NCBI GenBank assembly: GCA_950097015.1
Contig: CATNEN010000038.1
Location: forward strand, 19,406,001 to 19,470,000
DNA length: 64,000 nucleotides
Source: Macrostomum hystrix
Lineage: Eukaryota; Animalia; Platyhelminthes
Reading direction: 5' to 3'
Each line of letters opens with the position of its first letter. The stretch's first letter is position 1. Below, one piece after another: positions 1 to 12,397 of this stretch. Under the pieces are notes generated by a model. It did no database searches and was not told where the DNA came from. It was given only the letters and a program-made list of their open reading frames with translations. A program made the translations under genes and the position numbers.

Positions 1-3000
1 GGCTTCATCGTAGCTCGGCGGAGCGGTGGGCACCATGGTGAACATGGCCAGGTCTGAGCTATCTGCTGGTGGAGCTGATGGAACCATGGCACCTAGGCTT
101 GGATATAGCTGCTGCTGCTGCTGCTGGAGGCCGGTGGCCGCTGCCCCGGCGCTAGGCTCGCGAAGTGCTCGCACACCTATAGCAATCTGTTCTTCTAACA
201 GCACGCTGACTATTTCGGATTTGCGATAATCCGGCCCGATGCAAACCACCTGTGACAGGGGCGCCCCCGTAAGGGCCGACAACATCTGCGTGCTGGTTGT
301 GATCTGCGGATTAGTGATTATTAGTGATGATTCCCTGAATCATAATCTGAATCCTGCGCTATTTAATCCCATGATCTAAAACCGTTATTCCTGCGAACCA
401 AATTTATAATCTAAATCAATCACAGGTAGTTCATTAAATCAAGGAATCACAATCCCATTTCCCCCAATTTATTTAATCCAATAATCATAAAACCATTTTC
501 CCAAATTTGTTAAAACCCAGAATCATTATCCCAGTATCCCACTGCTTATTAATCCCTAGAATCATACATTTCCTCCATTTTATTTAATCACAAAATCATA
601 ATCCACTTTCCGCAAGTTTGTTAAATCCCAGAATAATAGTTCCTTATCCCCTAATTTAATAAATCCCAGAATCATAGTTCCTTATCCCCGAGTTTAATAA
701 ATCCCAGAATAATAGTTCCTTATCCCCTAATTTAATAAATCCCAGAATCATAGTTCCTTACCCCCGAGTTTAATAAATCCCAGAATAATAGTTCCTTATC
801 CCCTAATTTAATAAATCCCAGAATCATAGTTCCTTATCCCCCAGTTTAATAAATCCCAGAATAATAGTTCCTTATCCCCCAGTTTAATAAATCACAGAAT
901 CATAGTTCCTTATCCCCCAGTTTAATAAATCCCAGAATAATATTTCCTTATCCCCCAGTTTAATAAATCCCAGAATAATAGTTCCTTATCCCCCAGTTCA
1001 ATAAATCACAGAATCATAGTTCCTTATCCCCCAGTTTAATAAATCCCAGAATAATAGTTCCTTATCCCCAGTTTAATAAATCACAGAATCATAGTTCCTT
1101 ATCCCCAGTTTAATAAATCCCAGAATAATAGTTCCTTATCCCCCAGTTTAATAAATCCCAGAATAATAGTTCCTTATCCCCCAGTTCAATAAATCACAGA
1201 ATCATAGTTCCTTATCCCCCAGTTTAATAAATCACAGAATCATAGTTCCTTATCCCCCAGTTTAATAAATCCCAGAATCATAGTTCCTTATCCCCCAGTT
1301 TAATAAATCACAGAATCATAGTTCCTTATCCCCCAGTTTAATAAATCACAGAATCATAGTTCCTTATCCCCCAGTTTAATAAATCCCAGAATAATAGTTC
1401 CTTATCCCCCAGTTTAATAAATCCCAGAATCATAGTTCCTTATCCCCCAGTTCAATAAATCCCAGAATCATAGTTCCTTATCCCCCAGTTTAATAAATCC
1501 CAGAAAAATAGTTCCTTATCCCCCAGTTTAATAAATCACAGAATCATAGTTCCTTATCCCCCAGTTTAATAAATCCCAGAATAATAGTTCCTTATCCCCA
1601 GTTTAATAAATCACAGAATCATAGTTCCTTATCCCCAGTTTAATAAATCCCAGAATAATAGTTCCTTATCCCCCAGTTTAATAAATCCCAGAATAATAGT
1701 TCCTTATCCCCCAGTTCAATAAATCACAGAATCATAGTTCCTTATCCCCCAGTTCAATAAATCACAGAATCATAGTTCCTTATCCCCCAGTTTAATAAAT
1801 CACAGAATCATAGTTCCTTATCCCCCAGTTTAATAAATCCCAGAATAATAGTTCCTTATCCCCAGTTTAATAAATCCCAGAATAATAGTTCCTTATCCCC
1901 CAGTTTAATAAATCACAGAATCATAGTTCCTTGTCCCCTAGTTTAATAAATCCCAGAATCATAGTTCCTTATCCCCCAGTTTAATAAATCACAGAATCAT
2001 AGTTCCTTATCCCCCAGTTTAATAAATCACAGAATCATAGTTCCTTATCCCCCAGTTTAATAAATCCCAGAATAATAGTTCCTTATCCCCAGTTTAATAA
2101 ATCCCAGAATAATAGTTCCTTATCCCCCAGTTTAATAAATCCCAGAATAATAGTTCCTTATCCCCCAGTTTAATAAATCACAGAATCATAGTTATAGTTC
2201 CTTATCCCCCAGTTTAATAAATCCCAGAATCATAGTTCCTTATCCCCCAGTTTAATAAATCCCAGAATCATAGTTCCTTATCCCCCAGTTTAATAAATCA
2301 CAGAATCATAGTTCCTTATCCCCCAGTTTAATAAATCACAGAATCATAGTTCCTTATCCCCCAGTTTAATAAATCACAGAATCATAGATATCACAGATAT
2401 CAAATCTCGAAATCTGAAATACTGCGTATTTCAGTACTTAAATATAAATATATCACACTCATGTCTCGCTAATATGTTATAAATTAATTGCCATTAGCCA
2501 ACCACTAACTCTACGCCACCCAAATGAAACCAAATCATGTATAAAATCCCAACCTGAATATAGTACTCGATCTCCACAAGCCGAGTGAACCGATCCATGT
2601 CGCTGGTGACCACCCAGGACACCTGGATGCCCACATTGTCCAACTGAAGCCGCTCAGCCGGCCGCAGTTTACCCAGGCTAGAGTGCTTCACAAGCAGCCG
2701 TTGAACTCGACGAAACTGCGTGCCGTTGCTGCTATAGGCCTGGAAATTTGGAGACAAGAAGGGAGAATTATGAGAGAAAATATTTCCAGATGACCTTGAT
2801 GAGAGACTACTAATGGAGATTTTCAGATGACCTTGATGAGAGACTACTAATGGAGATTTCCAGATGACCTTTGGAGACTGATAAAGATTTCCAGATGACC
2901 TTGATGAGAGACTACTAATGGAGATTTCCAGATGACCTTTGGAGACTGATGGAGATTTCCAGATGACCTTGATGAGAGACTACTAATGGAGATTTCCAGA

Positions 3001-4724
3001 TGACCTTTGGAGACTGATGGAGACTTCCAGATGACCTTGATGAGAGACTACTAATGGAGATTTCCAGATGACCTTTGGAGACTGATGGAGATTTCCAGAT
3101 GACCTTGGGAGACTGATGGAGATTTCCAAAAACGTATCGCTCACCTTCAAAATGCCCTTTTGCACCAGACAGGCGTTAATATTCTCCAGTTTGGCCTTTG
3201 AATTATTGTAAACCTCAATCTGCATATCGATGGTCTCCCCGAAGCCGTAGCCGCGCTTAGTGGTAACCAGGCGAGCTGTTACCAGCCCTGTGTCCAATTT
3301 AGACCGACTAGGAGACCAGGCGTCGATGGGTTGAACCAAACTGAGCTTCCCAGCGTACCGATTAAGATCCAGGTCGTTGATGACAACCAACGGCTGTGTG
3401 ATCTCGTGACTTTTGCCGCCGCAGTCTAGGAAGGCTGTCAGCTTGTAGAAGATTACAGTCATGAACGAGCTGGGTAAGTTGGTTGGCATGTGAAACTCAA
3501 ACGGGCATTTGTACATCTCGCCGCGGATCACTTTGCGAGCCGACGTATTCGACTGAAACAGAAGAGCAATTGTGCGCTGATTGTGAACTAGTCATGCGAG
3601 CTGATTCACAATCACAATAACAGTAATATTCTGTAGCTCACAATCCCATTCTTACCTTCTCTGTCACAGTCTCACCCAGTATTTCTCTTACTCTCACCTA
3701 GTCTCTATCCCACTCTCATCCTGTCTTTCTCCCACTCTCATTCTGTCTCTCTCCCACTCTCACCAAGTTTGTATCCCACTCTTGCCCTGTCTCTCTCCCA
3801 CTCTCATCCTGTCTCTCTCCCACTCTCATCCTGTCTCTCTCCCACTCTCATCCTGCCTTTCTCCCACTCTCATCCTGTCTCTCTCCCACTCTCATTCTGT
3901 CTCTCTCCCATTCTCACCCAGTCTGTATCCCACTCTCACCCAGTCTGTATCCCACTCTCATTCTGTCTCTCTCCCACTCTCACCCAGTCTGTATCCCACT
4001 CTCATTCTGTCTCTCTCCCACTCTCACTCAGTCTATTATATGCCACTCTCATTCTGTCTCTCTCCCACTCTCACCCAGTCTGTATCCCACTCTCGCCCTG
4101 TCTCTCTCCCACTCTCACCCAGTCTGTATCCCACTCTCGCCCTGTCTCTCTCCCACTCTCACTCAGTCTATTATATGCCACTCTCATTCTGTCTCTCTCC
4201 CACTCTCACCCAGTCTGTATCCCACTCTCGCCCTGTCTCTCTCCCACTCTCACCCAGTCTGTATCCCACTCTCGCCCTGTCTCTCTCCCACTCTCACTCA
4301 GTCTATTATATGCCACTCTCATCCTGTCTCTCTCTTAATCTCACCCTGTCTCTTCTCTCCCAATCTCATCCACTCTCTCTCCTCTCACCCAGTCTCTCTT
4401 ACTTTCCCCCAGTCACTATCCCACTCCCACTCTCACACTACAAATTTTCACAATAAAAGCGCTGTCAGCAACCTTTGAGTAGACGATCTGCGCCAGACGA
4501 ATATAGGTCTCGGTGTCCTCGCACACGGTGGAACGCGAAACAGCTGAGCCGCCCTGGCCGTCTTGAAACTCCACTTGGCCGCCGCCGTACAGATGCACCA
4601 TGATCCTGGCTATTTCGACATCTTTCTTTAGTCGAAGCAATAATTCGCCGCGTACAACATCGCCAGTTAAAATGGGTTGGCCAGGATTTTCTAGTTTGAA
4701 CGCAAATATGTCAAGCTTGCTCAT
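1..4724 (-). CDS. Alpha-arrestin (arrestin-domain-containing, ARRDC/TXNIP-like), 3'-partial
   Basis: Exons 4724-4473, 3552-3145, 2739-2554 and 303-1 (open at window edge); all GT-AG, phase 0; at least 383 aa. Arrestin_N-like (GDVVRGELLLRL..ARIMVHLYGGGQVEF; YKCPFEFHMPTNLPSSF), Arrestin_C-like (KRGYGFGETIDMQIEVYNNS; LVEIEYYIQI) and a C-terminal PPSY (PPxY) motif at the window edge. Confidence 0.88.
620..2386. repeat. 38-bp minisatellite (AGTTCCTTATCCCCCAGTTTAATAAATCCCAGAATMAT), ~46 copies, arrestin intron 3
   Basis: Direct tandem repeat; degenerate copies extend left to ~330. Confidence 0.95.
2782..3128. repeat. Alternating 37/31-bp repeat (GGAGATTTCCAGATGACCTT core), arrestin intron 2
   Basis: Tandem copies fill nearly the whole intron. 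Confidence 0.9.
3655..4435. repeat. 22-bp CT-rich minisatellite (CACTCTCATCCTGTCTCTCTCC and variants), arrestin intron 1
   Basis: Tandem repeat; source of the repetitive ORFs at 3769 and 3782. Confidence 0.9.
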
Positions 4725-6997
4725 TTTTCGAGTTGTTTCTGTTCTATTCTACAAATTAGTATTGCCGAACAGGAAAATAATGCCTAGTTAAAGAATAGGC
4801 AAATAGATAATATTATTTAATTACCAAGCAGAAACAGCTAGCACTAAAGACAGACAGTTCTACGCTCCTAAGCTTAGATAGAGGACAGAACAAGGCCTAG
4901 AGCTAGTTGGTTTTGGCTTTGGGTGGGCGACAGAGCTTTACTATATAATAGCTAGATTCTTGTCTAACCCTCCCTTTCTTCCCCTTACTCGTTCTGTCGA
5001 AAGGCGTTTAGCCAATCTACATTGCCGGCCCAAAAACAGAACCTTCAATTTCTATTTCTCTACCCCTCCGCGCGCAAAGCTTAGCGAGAGAGGAAGGGCG
5101 GTAAATGTACACTGTTTCAGAATGTACACTGAAACAGTGTACATTCAATTCACTCCGAAACAAAGTACGTAGTTTAAATACTAACACATGTTTGTACTAA
5201 ACAGAAATGCTACGAAATAATCAGGCTAAGAAAGATAGAAGAGGAATGCTTTCCAACCCTCTTTAGAGAGGAACCATATTAGCAGCCAAGAGTCGCGTCC
5301 CATCGGCATTGCGCGAGGCTAGCTTGAATCGAACTGGTTCTTATAACTAGCCCAACACAGTTGACTCTGCACATGGGGGGAACAGACAGACGGGCACAGC
5401 AGGCTCCCCAAAGCAAGACCGCTAACACCCAATTAAAACGAAACCCCAATCCTGACCCTACGGTGAATCCAATGTAAAATTTTATCTATCTAAAGCCGCA
5501 CCGGAAAAGTCTGATTATTTAGGTCTGGTGAAGTGTTAGTAGTGTGTGTGTTGCTATAGGCGAGAATGCTATTTGGTGCTGTTGTTGGCAATATGTGCTG
5601 TTTTTTCATTTAAGCTATATATTACAGTGTAGCAGTTCTAGCCACTACCAAACCATGGATGTCTAACTATATATTTCAGCACTATTAGACAGCACAAGAA
5701 ATTTAAACGTCAAGAAATTTTGGACTAAGTGGAATTTTTTTTAATTTTCCCTCTCTTGTCAAGTGCGCATGTACTGTGCAAAGCGACAAAAATTGCCCAT
5801 TTTTTCTCAGTCGGTCTAAGACTCTAAATTAAATTTTAATGGCGAACCAAAGCGCAATGAGGGACGGTGAGTTCAAGTGATTGTCAAAAAAATGTAGACG
5901 AATGCTACATTGCTACTAGTTCGAGTTGTGAAGTAGTTTAATGTAGCATCGCAGCCATTTTGTGTTAAAATCTAGAAATTTATTAATATTTCGTGCATTT
6001 TTTCGGTTATCTAAATGTGACGAGAACTTAAAAAAAGCTTTATCATGCACTTCCATAAACTGAAACTCGTTACCTTTTTCAAAATGAATAGCATTTACCT
6101 ATAAACCTCCTATACGTACATTTACATGTACATCAAGATTAACTACGTGGTCAAACTAAATGCAATTCTTATGTTTTTCCCTTGTACATTGAATCCAGTG
6201 CTTAGAGCTCTATGGAGGTCTGGAGTTCTATCTCAGCCCATTTGTGCCTTTGAGTAAGGAAATTATGAGTTTGGTGCATCATTGTCCCATTAAATTGCTT
6301 TTATATGCAACATTGACAATTCCGTGGCTTAAGGTTTCAGACAAATGCGGACATGAATCTTCTACGTGATCAACAGCCCGAAACGGCCGCGCCCTCAAGG
6401 AGCCTGGATGCAACCGAAATTGCGGTTGCAAACAGTGTTGTATCCCTACCTGCGACCTGAGCAGATCAGGTTTCGAACCGCCGGGGCACTGGGACGCAGA
6501 CTCTGACTCCTCACCGCCACCAACAGTCAAGCAGCAGTTGCTCCAGATCTCAGACGCTGACAGCCGGCGGTCGGCGGTCGACAGCCTCCTCAGCGACACA
6601 AGAGCCAGCGGCGTGCCTCTAGATGGTGCACGTCCGGTCTGCAATGTGCCATCCAAAGTGCCAATCCAATTGCAGACGTTGTTGAATAGGAGCCGCAGCC
6701 ATTTATAGCAGCTCGGCATCCTGTGCGACACACAAGATTTGCGTGACGTCAAACCGGAATAAAAATAATAACAATAATAAAATAATTGCAGGGGTATGGA
6801 CGATGGCACATAATTAGGTGAAACTAGACCCGCAGTCAGCAAGGAGGCAATTCTGCAAACTTCTCTGACTCCTGAGCACACACGCACTCAGATACTGTAC
6901 GCAGGCCGCTATTCCAAGACGGATCTTCCAACGGCGAAATGCGCTCGCTATATGTGTTACGCGACGAGCTATCGCATCGCTACGATGCGATAGCCCA

Positions 6998-7459
6998 GTT
7001 CCACTAGGCTAAAGCCTCTATTCCACTAGGCTACAACCTCTATACCACTAGTCTACGCTCGTCCAACCCCTGTTCCACTAGGCTACAACCCCTGTTCCAC
7101 TAGGCTACAACCTCTATTCTACTAGGCTACAACCTCTATTCTACTAGGCTACAACCCTAGTTCCACTTGGCTACAACCCCTGTTCCACTAGGCTACAACC
7201 TCTATTCCACTATAGGCTACAACCTCTATTCTACTAGGCTACAACCCTAGTTCCACTTGGCTACAACCCTAGTTCCACTAGGCTACAACCCCAGTTCCAC
7301 TAGGCTACAACCTCTATACCACTAGTCTACGCTCGTCCAACCCCTGTTCCACTAGGCTACAACCCCTGTTCCACTATGGGCTACAACCCCTGTTCCACTA
7401 TGGGCTACAACCCCTGTTCCACTATGGGCTACAACCCCTGTTCCACTAGGCTACAACCC
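6998..7459. repeat. 22-bp minisatellite (TTCCACTAGGCTACAACCCCTG), left block
   Basis: Tandem repeat; same family as 9490-10070. Confidence 0.92.
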
Positions 7460-8308
7460 ACATTTCTCAATATCGCTAGAGTTTTTATCAATTTTCTTTT
7501 GATACATCGTCAATGTTCTGAATTTTTCCGAAGCCCTGTGTTTTTTCGTGTTTAAACTCCTGTCGTTAATATGCGTCTGAAAGCATGCGTCAACAAGCAT
7601 GTATAATTATGGATACTAGATGCAACAGAAGCAACCGTACAAGAACTTTTGTTAGACAGTATAGATGAGCAGCGTTGAAAATATTCTAAAAGCTAAAATT
7701 AGAAGTATATTGTGATAAAGTAGTGGCCGAAACGAGTCTGCATGGAACTTGCGTGCGTACTTACACAATTTTTTAAATAGAAAGAAAGAAGTCACAAGAT
7801 CTAAGTACCTTCCTGAAAATACAACACTTGTATAAAAGCGATATCGAATTGTCAGCATTGCTACAAGAGAGCTTGTCCGTTGTTCCGTTTTTTCAAGTTA
7901 AACATTTAATCGAAATGGATCGATGACAATTGCACAACTAGAGTCTTCAGACACACCTGCCGTCGCTGAGTTCTCTGTCCTACCTTCGGATGCCTCTTTT
8001 TGTCGGCTAAGTCTTGAATGCCGCGACTCAACAAGCAGCAAACTGGGCTGCACATCGCGCGCTATTCTCTGTCGCATCGACTGGCCAATGGCTAGAACAG
8101 AAGCAGATATCCATCAGCATTTTCCAAGCTGGGCGATCAGCCAGCTACTGCAGCGAGCCCCCCGTATGCTAGCCTCTACTGGCGTCGTTGTCATGGGTAC
8201 CAACACTGTCAGGCTAACTTTGCTGGGATAGAAACTAATTAGACGTGCCTTGTTCGAGACTTTATTTTGATGAAGATTTCTTTTGCATTTTTTTCGCTTA
8301 GTGGAACA

Positions 8309-9375
8309 GTGGCGCTTCCCCTGGTAGTGGCGCTTCCCCTGGTAGTGGCGCTTCCCCTGGTAGTGGCGCTTCCCCTGGTAGTGGCGCTTCCCCTACTAGT
8401 GGCGCTTCCCCTAGTAGTGGCGCTTCCCCTGGTAGTGGCGCTTCCCCTAGTAGTGGCGCTTCCCCTAGTAGTGGCGCTTCCCCTGGTAGTGGCGCTTCCC
8501 CTGGTAGTGGCGCTTCCCCTGGTAGTGGCGCTTCCCCTACTAGTGGCGCTTCCCCTAGTAGTGGCGCTTCCCCTGGTAGTGGCGCTTCCCCTAGTAGTGG
8601 CGCTTCCCCTGGTAGTGGCGCTTCCCCTGGTAGTGGCGCTTCCCCTGGTAGTGGCGCTTCCCCTGGTAGTGGCGCTTCCCCTGGTAGTGGCGCTTCCCCT
8701 GGTAGTGGCGCTTCCCCTAGTAGTGGCGCTTCCCCTAGTAGTGGCGCTTCCCCTGGTAGTGGCGCTTCCCCTGGTAGTGGCGCTTCCCCTACTAGTGGCG
8801 CTCACCCTGGTAGTGGCGCTTCCCCTGGTAGTGGCGCTTCCCCTGGTAGTGGCGCTTCCCCTGGTAGTGGCGCTTCCCCTGGTAGTGGCGCTTCCCCTGG
8901 TAGTGGCGCTTCCCCTAGTAGTGGCGCTTCCCCTGGTAGTGGCGCTTCCCCTGGTAGTGGCGCTTCCCCTGGTAGTGGCGCTTCCCCTACTAGTGGCGCT
9001 TCCCCTAGTAGTGGCGCTTCCCCTGGTAGTGGCGCTTCCCCTAGTAGTGGCGCTTCCCCTGGTAGTGGCGCTTCCCCTGGTAGTGGCGCTTCCCCTGGTA
9101 GTGGCGCTTCCCCTGGTAGTGGCGCTTCCCCTGGTAGTGGCGCTTCCCCTACTAGTGGCGCTCACCCTGGTGGTGGCGCACCCTGGTAGTGGCGCCCCCT
9201 GGTAGTGGCGCCCCCTGGTAGTGGCGCCCCCTGGTAGTGGCGCCCCCTGGTAGTGGCGCCCCCTGGTAGTGGCGCCCCCTGGTAGTGGCGCCCCCTAGTA
9301 GTGGCGCACCCTGGTAGTGGCGCACCCTGGTGGTGGCGCACCCTGGTAGTGGCGCACCCTGGTGGTGGCGCACCC
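8309..9375. repeat. 18-bp minisatellite (GTGGCGCTTCCCCTGGTA) changing to 16-bp units at the right end
   Basis: Tandem repeat; gives the (VVALPL)n and (GSATTR)n ORFs. Confidence 0.95.
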
Positions 9376-9489
9376 TTGTGTAGTTGTTATGTTGCCTGGT
9401 GCCTTAGTCTTTAAAAAAAAATTCTGCTCCAAAGTACAAAAGAAACAGACGCTATGTAAGTTTGTCAGCGAATTTATGACACAACCCTC

Positions 9490-10070
9490 GTACAACCCCT
9501 GTTCCACTATTCTACTACCTCTATTCCACTAAAGGCTATACAACCTCTATTCCACTAGGCTACAACCCCTGTTCCACTATAGGCTACAACCCCTGTTCCA
9601 CTAGGCTACAACCCCTGTTCCACTAGGCTACAACCCCTGTTCCACTAGGCTACAACCCCTGTTCCACTATAGGCTACAACCCCTGTTCCACTAGGCTACA
9701 ACCCCTGTTCCACTAGGCTACAACCCCTGTTCCACTAGGCTACAACCCCTGTTCCACTATAGGCTACAACCCCTGTTCCACTAGGCTACAACCCCTGTTC
9801 CACTAGGCTACAACCCCTGTTCCACTAGGCTACAACCCCTGTTCCACTATAGGCTACAACCCCTGTTCCACTAGGCTACAACCCTTGTTCCACTATAGGC
9901 TACAACCTCTATTCCACTATAGGCTACAACCTCTATTCCACTATAGGCTACAACCTCTATTCTACTAGGCTACAACCTCTATTCCACTAGGCTACAACCT
10001 CTATTCCACTAGGCTACAACCTCTATTCCACTAGGCTACAACCTCTATTCCACTAGGCTACAACCTCTAT
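9490..10070. repeat. 22/24-bp minisatellite (TTCCACTAGGCTACAACCCCTG), right block
   Basis: Tandem repeat in the same orientation as 6998-7459. Confidence 0.92.
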
Positions 10071-11649
10071 TGCAAGTTTATTTCTGATTTCTGTTATTTT
10101 TTTATTGTTGAAAATAACTTCTGTTTTGTCATTTCTTGAGCCACGTGCTTAGATACTGGGGCTGTTTGACGGTAATTATATGGGCTATATACAACCTGAC
10201 ATGTCTAAAAAAAGTCGGTAAAAATAAATACAGCACTATTGTCGAACCACATGCCTCACTTGAGTTTTCTGCATCTATAGCCTATCATTCTTTTTCTGGA
10301 GCAAGAGTGTACATTAATATTCTTGCACATTTTTCAAGCCACTGTGTTGACAGCTATCAGTATAGTTATGATGATGCAAAATTAATGGTCGGCATATGTA
10401 CTCTCTATTGTGTAGGTTCTGAACGTACTGCGCTCATAGTCGAAGGAATATAAAAACACATGACTATCAACCATGTGACAAAGCTTTGAGTTATTTTGCA
10501 ACTCGGGTTGCCTAAAATGGTATTTATAATTAACAATTCATTAAATAAATTTGTGCGAGAGCCGATTAAACAAGCAGACGAATTTGTTATTCCTTCGCGA
10601 GCCAAAAAGCTTAAGACAAGGAAAGAGATGAGATAGGGGAGTGTTGAGACAGGGAATGAGGATGAGACAGGAGAGGGAGAAAACAGAGAAGTGATGAGAC
10701 ACATGAGAGATTAAACCCTGGAGAGATGAGACACGCGAGAGAAGAAACACGTGAGAAATAAAAACAAGGGAAATCGGTTAGACAAGGCAGAGATGAGACC
10801 CCAGAGTTTGAAAATCTCTGTTTTCTACCATAAAGTATTCATCGCGCAAATGTGATGATCATGTTGTTTACGAAGGATACAACGACCACTATAGTATGGT
10901 TATAACTGCTCTGGTAGTGGTCCTTGAAAAGATATTGATGTCCTTTGAATACGCTCCATTTTTAGATATGAAGTTATACTAATTGCAGTCATATCTAGCT
11001 GCCTGACATGTTACAGGGAATTTGCAAGAAAAAGCTGCCACATGAAATGTTTTGTAATCTTTGGGTACTAATGTACGAGTATATACGGTTCAGAATCGTG
11101 TGAATCCAGCAGCAGCATATTTCGAATACGTAATTGAAAATTGTGTAAGCACAGGCCTTGTAGGCTAGTAAAGATATATCTGCAGAAGTTTTGTTTCTGG
11201 CTGTTCAAATTTTGGTTTCAAAACGACAGCAGGTCAATTTACGGCGAGGTTACAGCTCCGTAACGTCTGCTACTGCCTAATTTACTGCTGAACTCGATGC
11301 AAAACGATGTTTTTCGCCATCTTTATATTGCATCCAAAAATTAATTTATCAAAAACCCATTATATTTTTTAAGAACTATATATATTTGCAGTTGAAATAG
11401 TTATGTAGGCCTATAATTGTTGTTTTCAATGCATGCACTGTTCACAAAAAAAGCCGGAGCATTTGATCACGAAAGAGAAAATGAGTTGGCCTAGTCCTTG
11501 AATAATTCGAGAAGAGAAATTCTGTCAGACGAAAGATTTATATTAACAAAGTTAAATTTAGTGACTTAACTTAACATATTCTCTCTCATTAGCTACATGT
11601 GGCTTTTTAAGTACCGAATCAAATTTAAGCATATTAATATTATGGCAGA

Positions 11650-12397
11650 GCTTATTCCCACGGTCCCGTGCCGATAATTTCAATTTTATCCACACGGATC
11701 CGTGCCGATAATTTTCTGCTTATCCCCACGGCAGCTTGTATGAATAGGTCTACAACTAAGAAAATTGTCCAACAAAAGCATTGGGAGACTGTTTTAACTC
11801 TCAAGAATTTAACGCCTAAGTCCGAAGGACACACAATTGTAAAGATTCGCAGAGGAAAGCGCGGAACTAGTTAACATGCTTTCGTCGAGTTTCTGAAACC
11901 TTATTTTCGTACGGTAACAAGTCAGTAGTTATCATTTGCGCATGTGCATCATATCATATTTCAAGCGCGTGTGCAATACAAATGTCAGCGCGATTCTTCA
12001 TGCAATTGTTAGCAACGTTACATATTATTCGAAATTAACGATTATTCGAAATTTAACGTGTGCATTGCTCGTAATTAAAAGACGCCCTACTACAGGTAAC
12101 TGCAGGTTCTGGAAAACATGTATGACCAGTTGTATATAGTACATGAAAATTGCTACACAGTTCCTGTAAAATATGTGCTTTAAGTTCTTAAAGTTATCGC
12201 GGCAAAACAAGCTGCCGTGTGGACAGGCAGAGAATTATCGGCACAGATCTGTGTGGATAAAATTGAAATTAACGGCACGACATATATGAGTTGTAGACCT
12301 ATATTCATACAAGCTGCCGTGTGGATAAGCAGAAATTATCGGCACGGATCCGTGTGGATAAAATTGAAAATATTGGCACGGGACCGTGGGAATAAGC
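11650..12397. mobile_element. MITE / non-autonomous DNA transposon with ~108-bp terminal inverted repeats
   Basis: 11650-11757 (GCTTATTCCCACGGTCCCGTGCC...GGTCTACAACT) is the near-perfect reverse complement of 12289-12397; extra partial TIR copy at ~12208-12278; no coding capacity; no clear TSD. Confidence 0.8.

Noticed and set aside
3769-4456. Repetitive ORFs here and at 16253, 42468, 46121, 50170, 54080, 57443 and 61654
   Set aside because: They are translations of minisatellites, mostly intronic or antisense to real genes.
7923-8231. 102-aa ORF as a standalone gene
   Set aside because: No recognisable domain, and the opposite-strand frames are broken by stops; treated only as a possible fragment.
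8239-9205. 308-aa (GSATTR)n and 312-aa (VVALPL)n antiparallel ORFs
   Set aside because: By-products of a stop-free 18-bp repeat; no domain or splice context.
10380-10610. Faint Penelope-like peptide (VILQLGLPKMVFIINNSLNKF)
   Set aside because: Too degenerate to support without a search.
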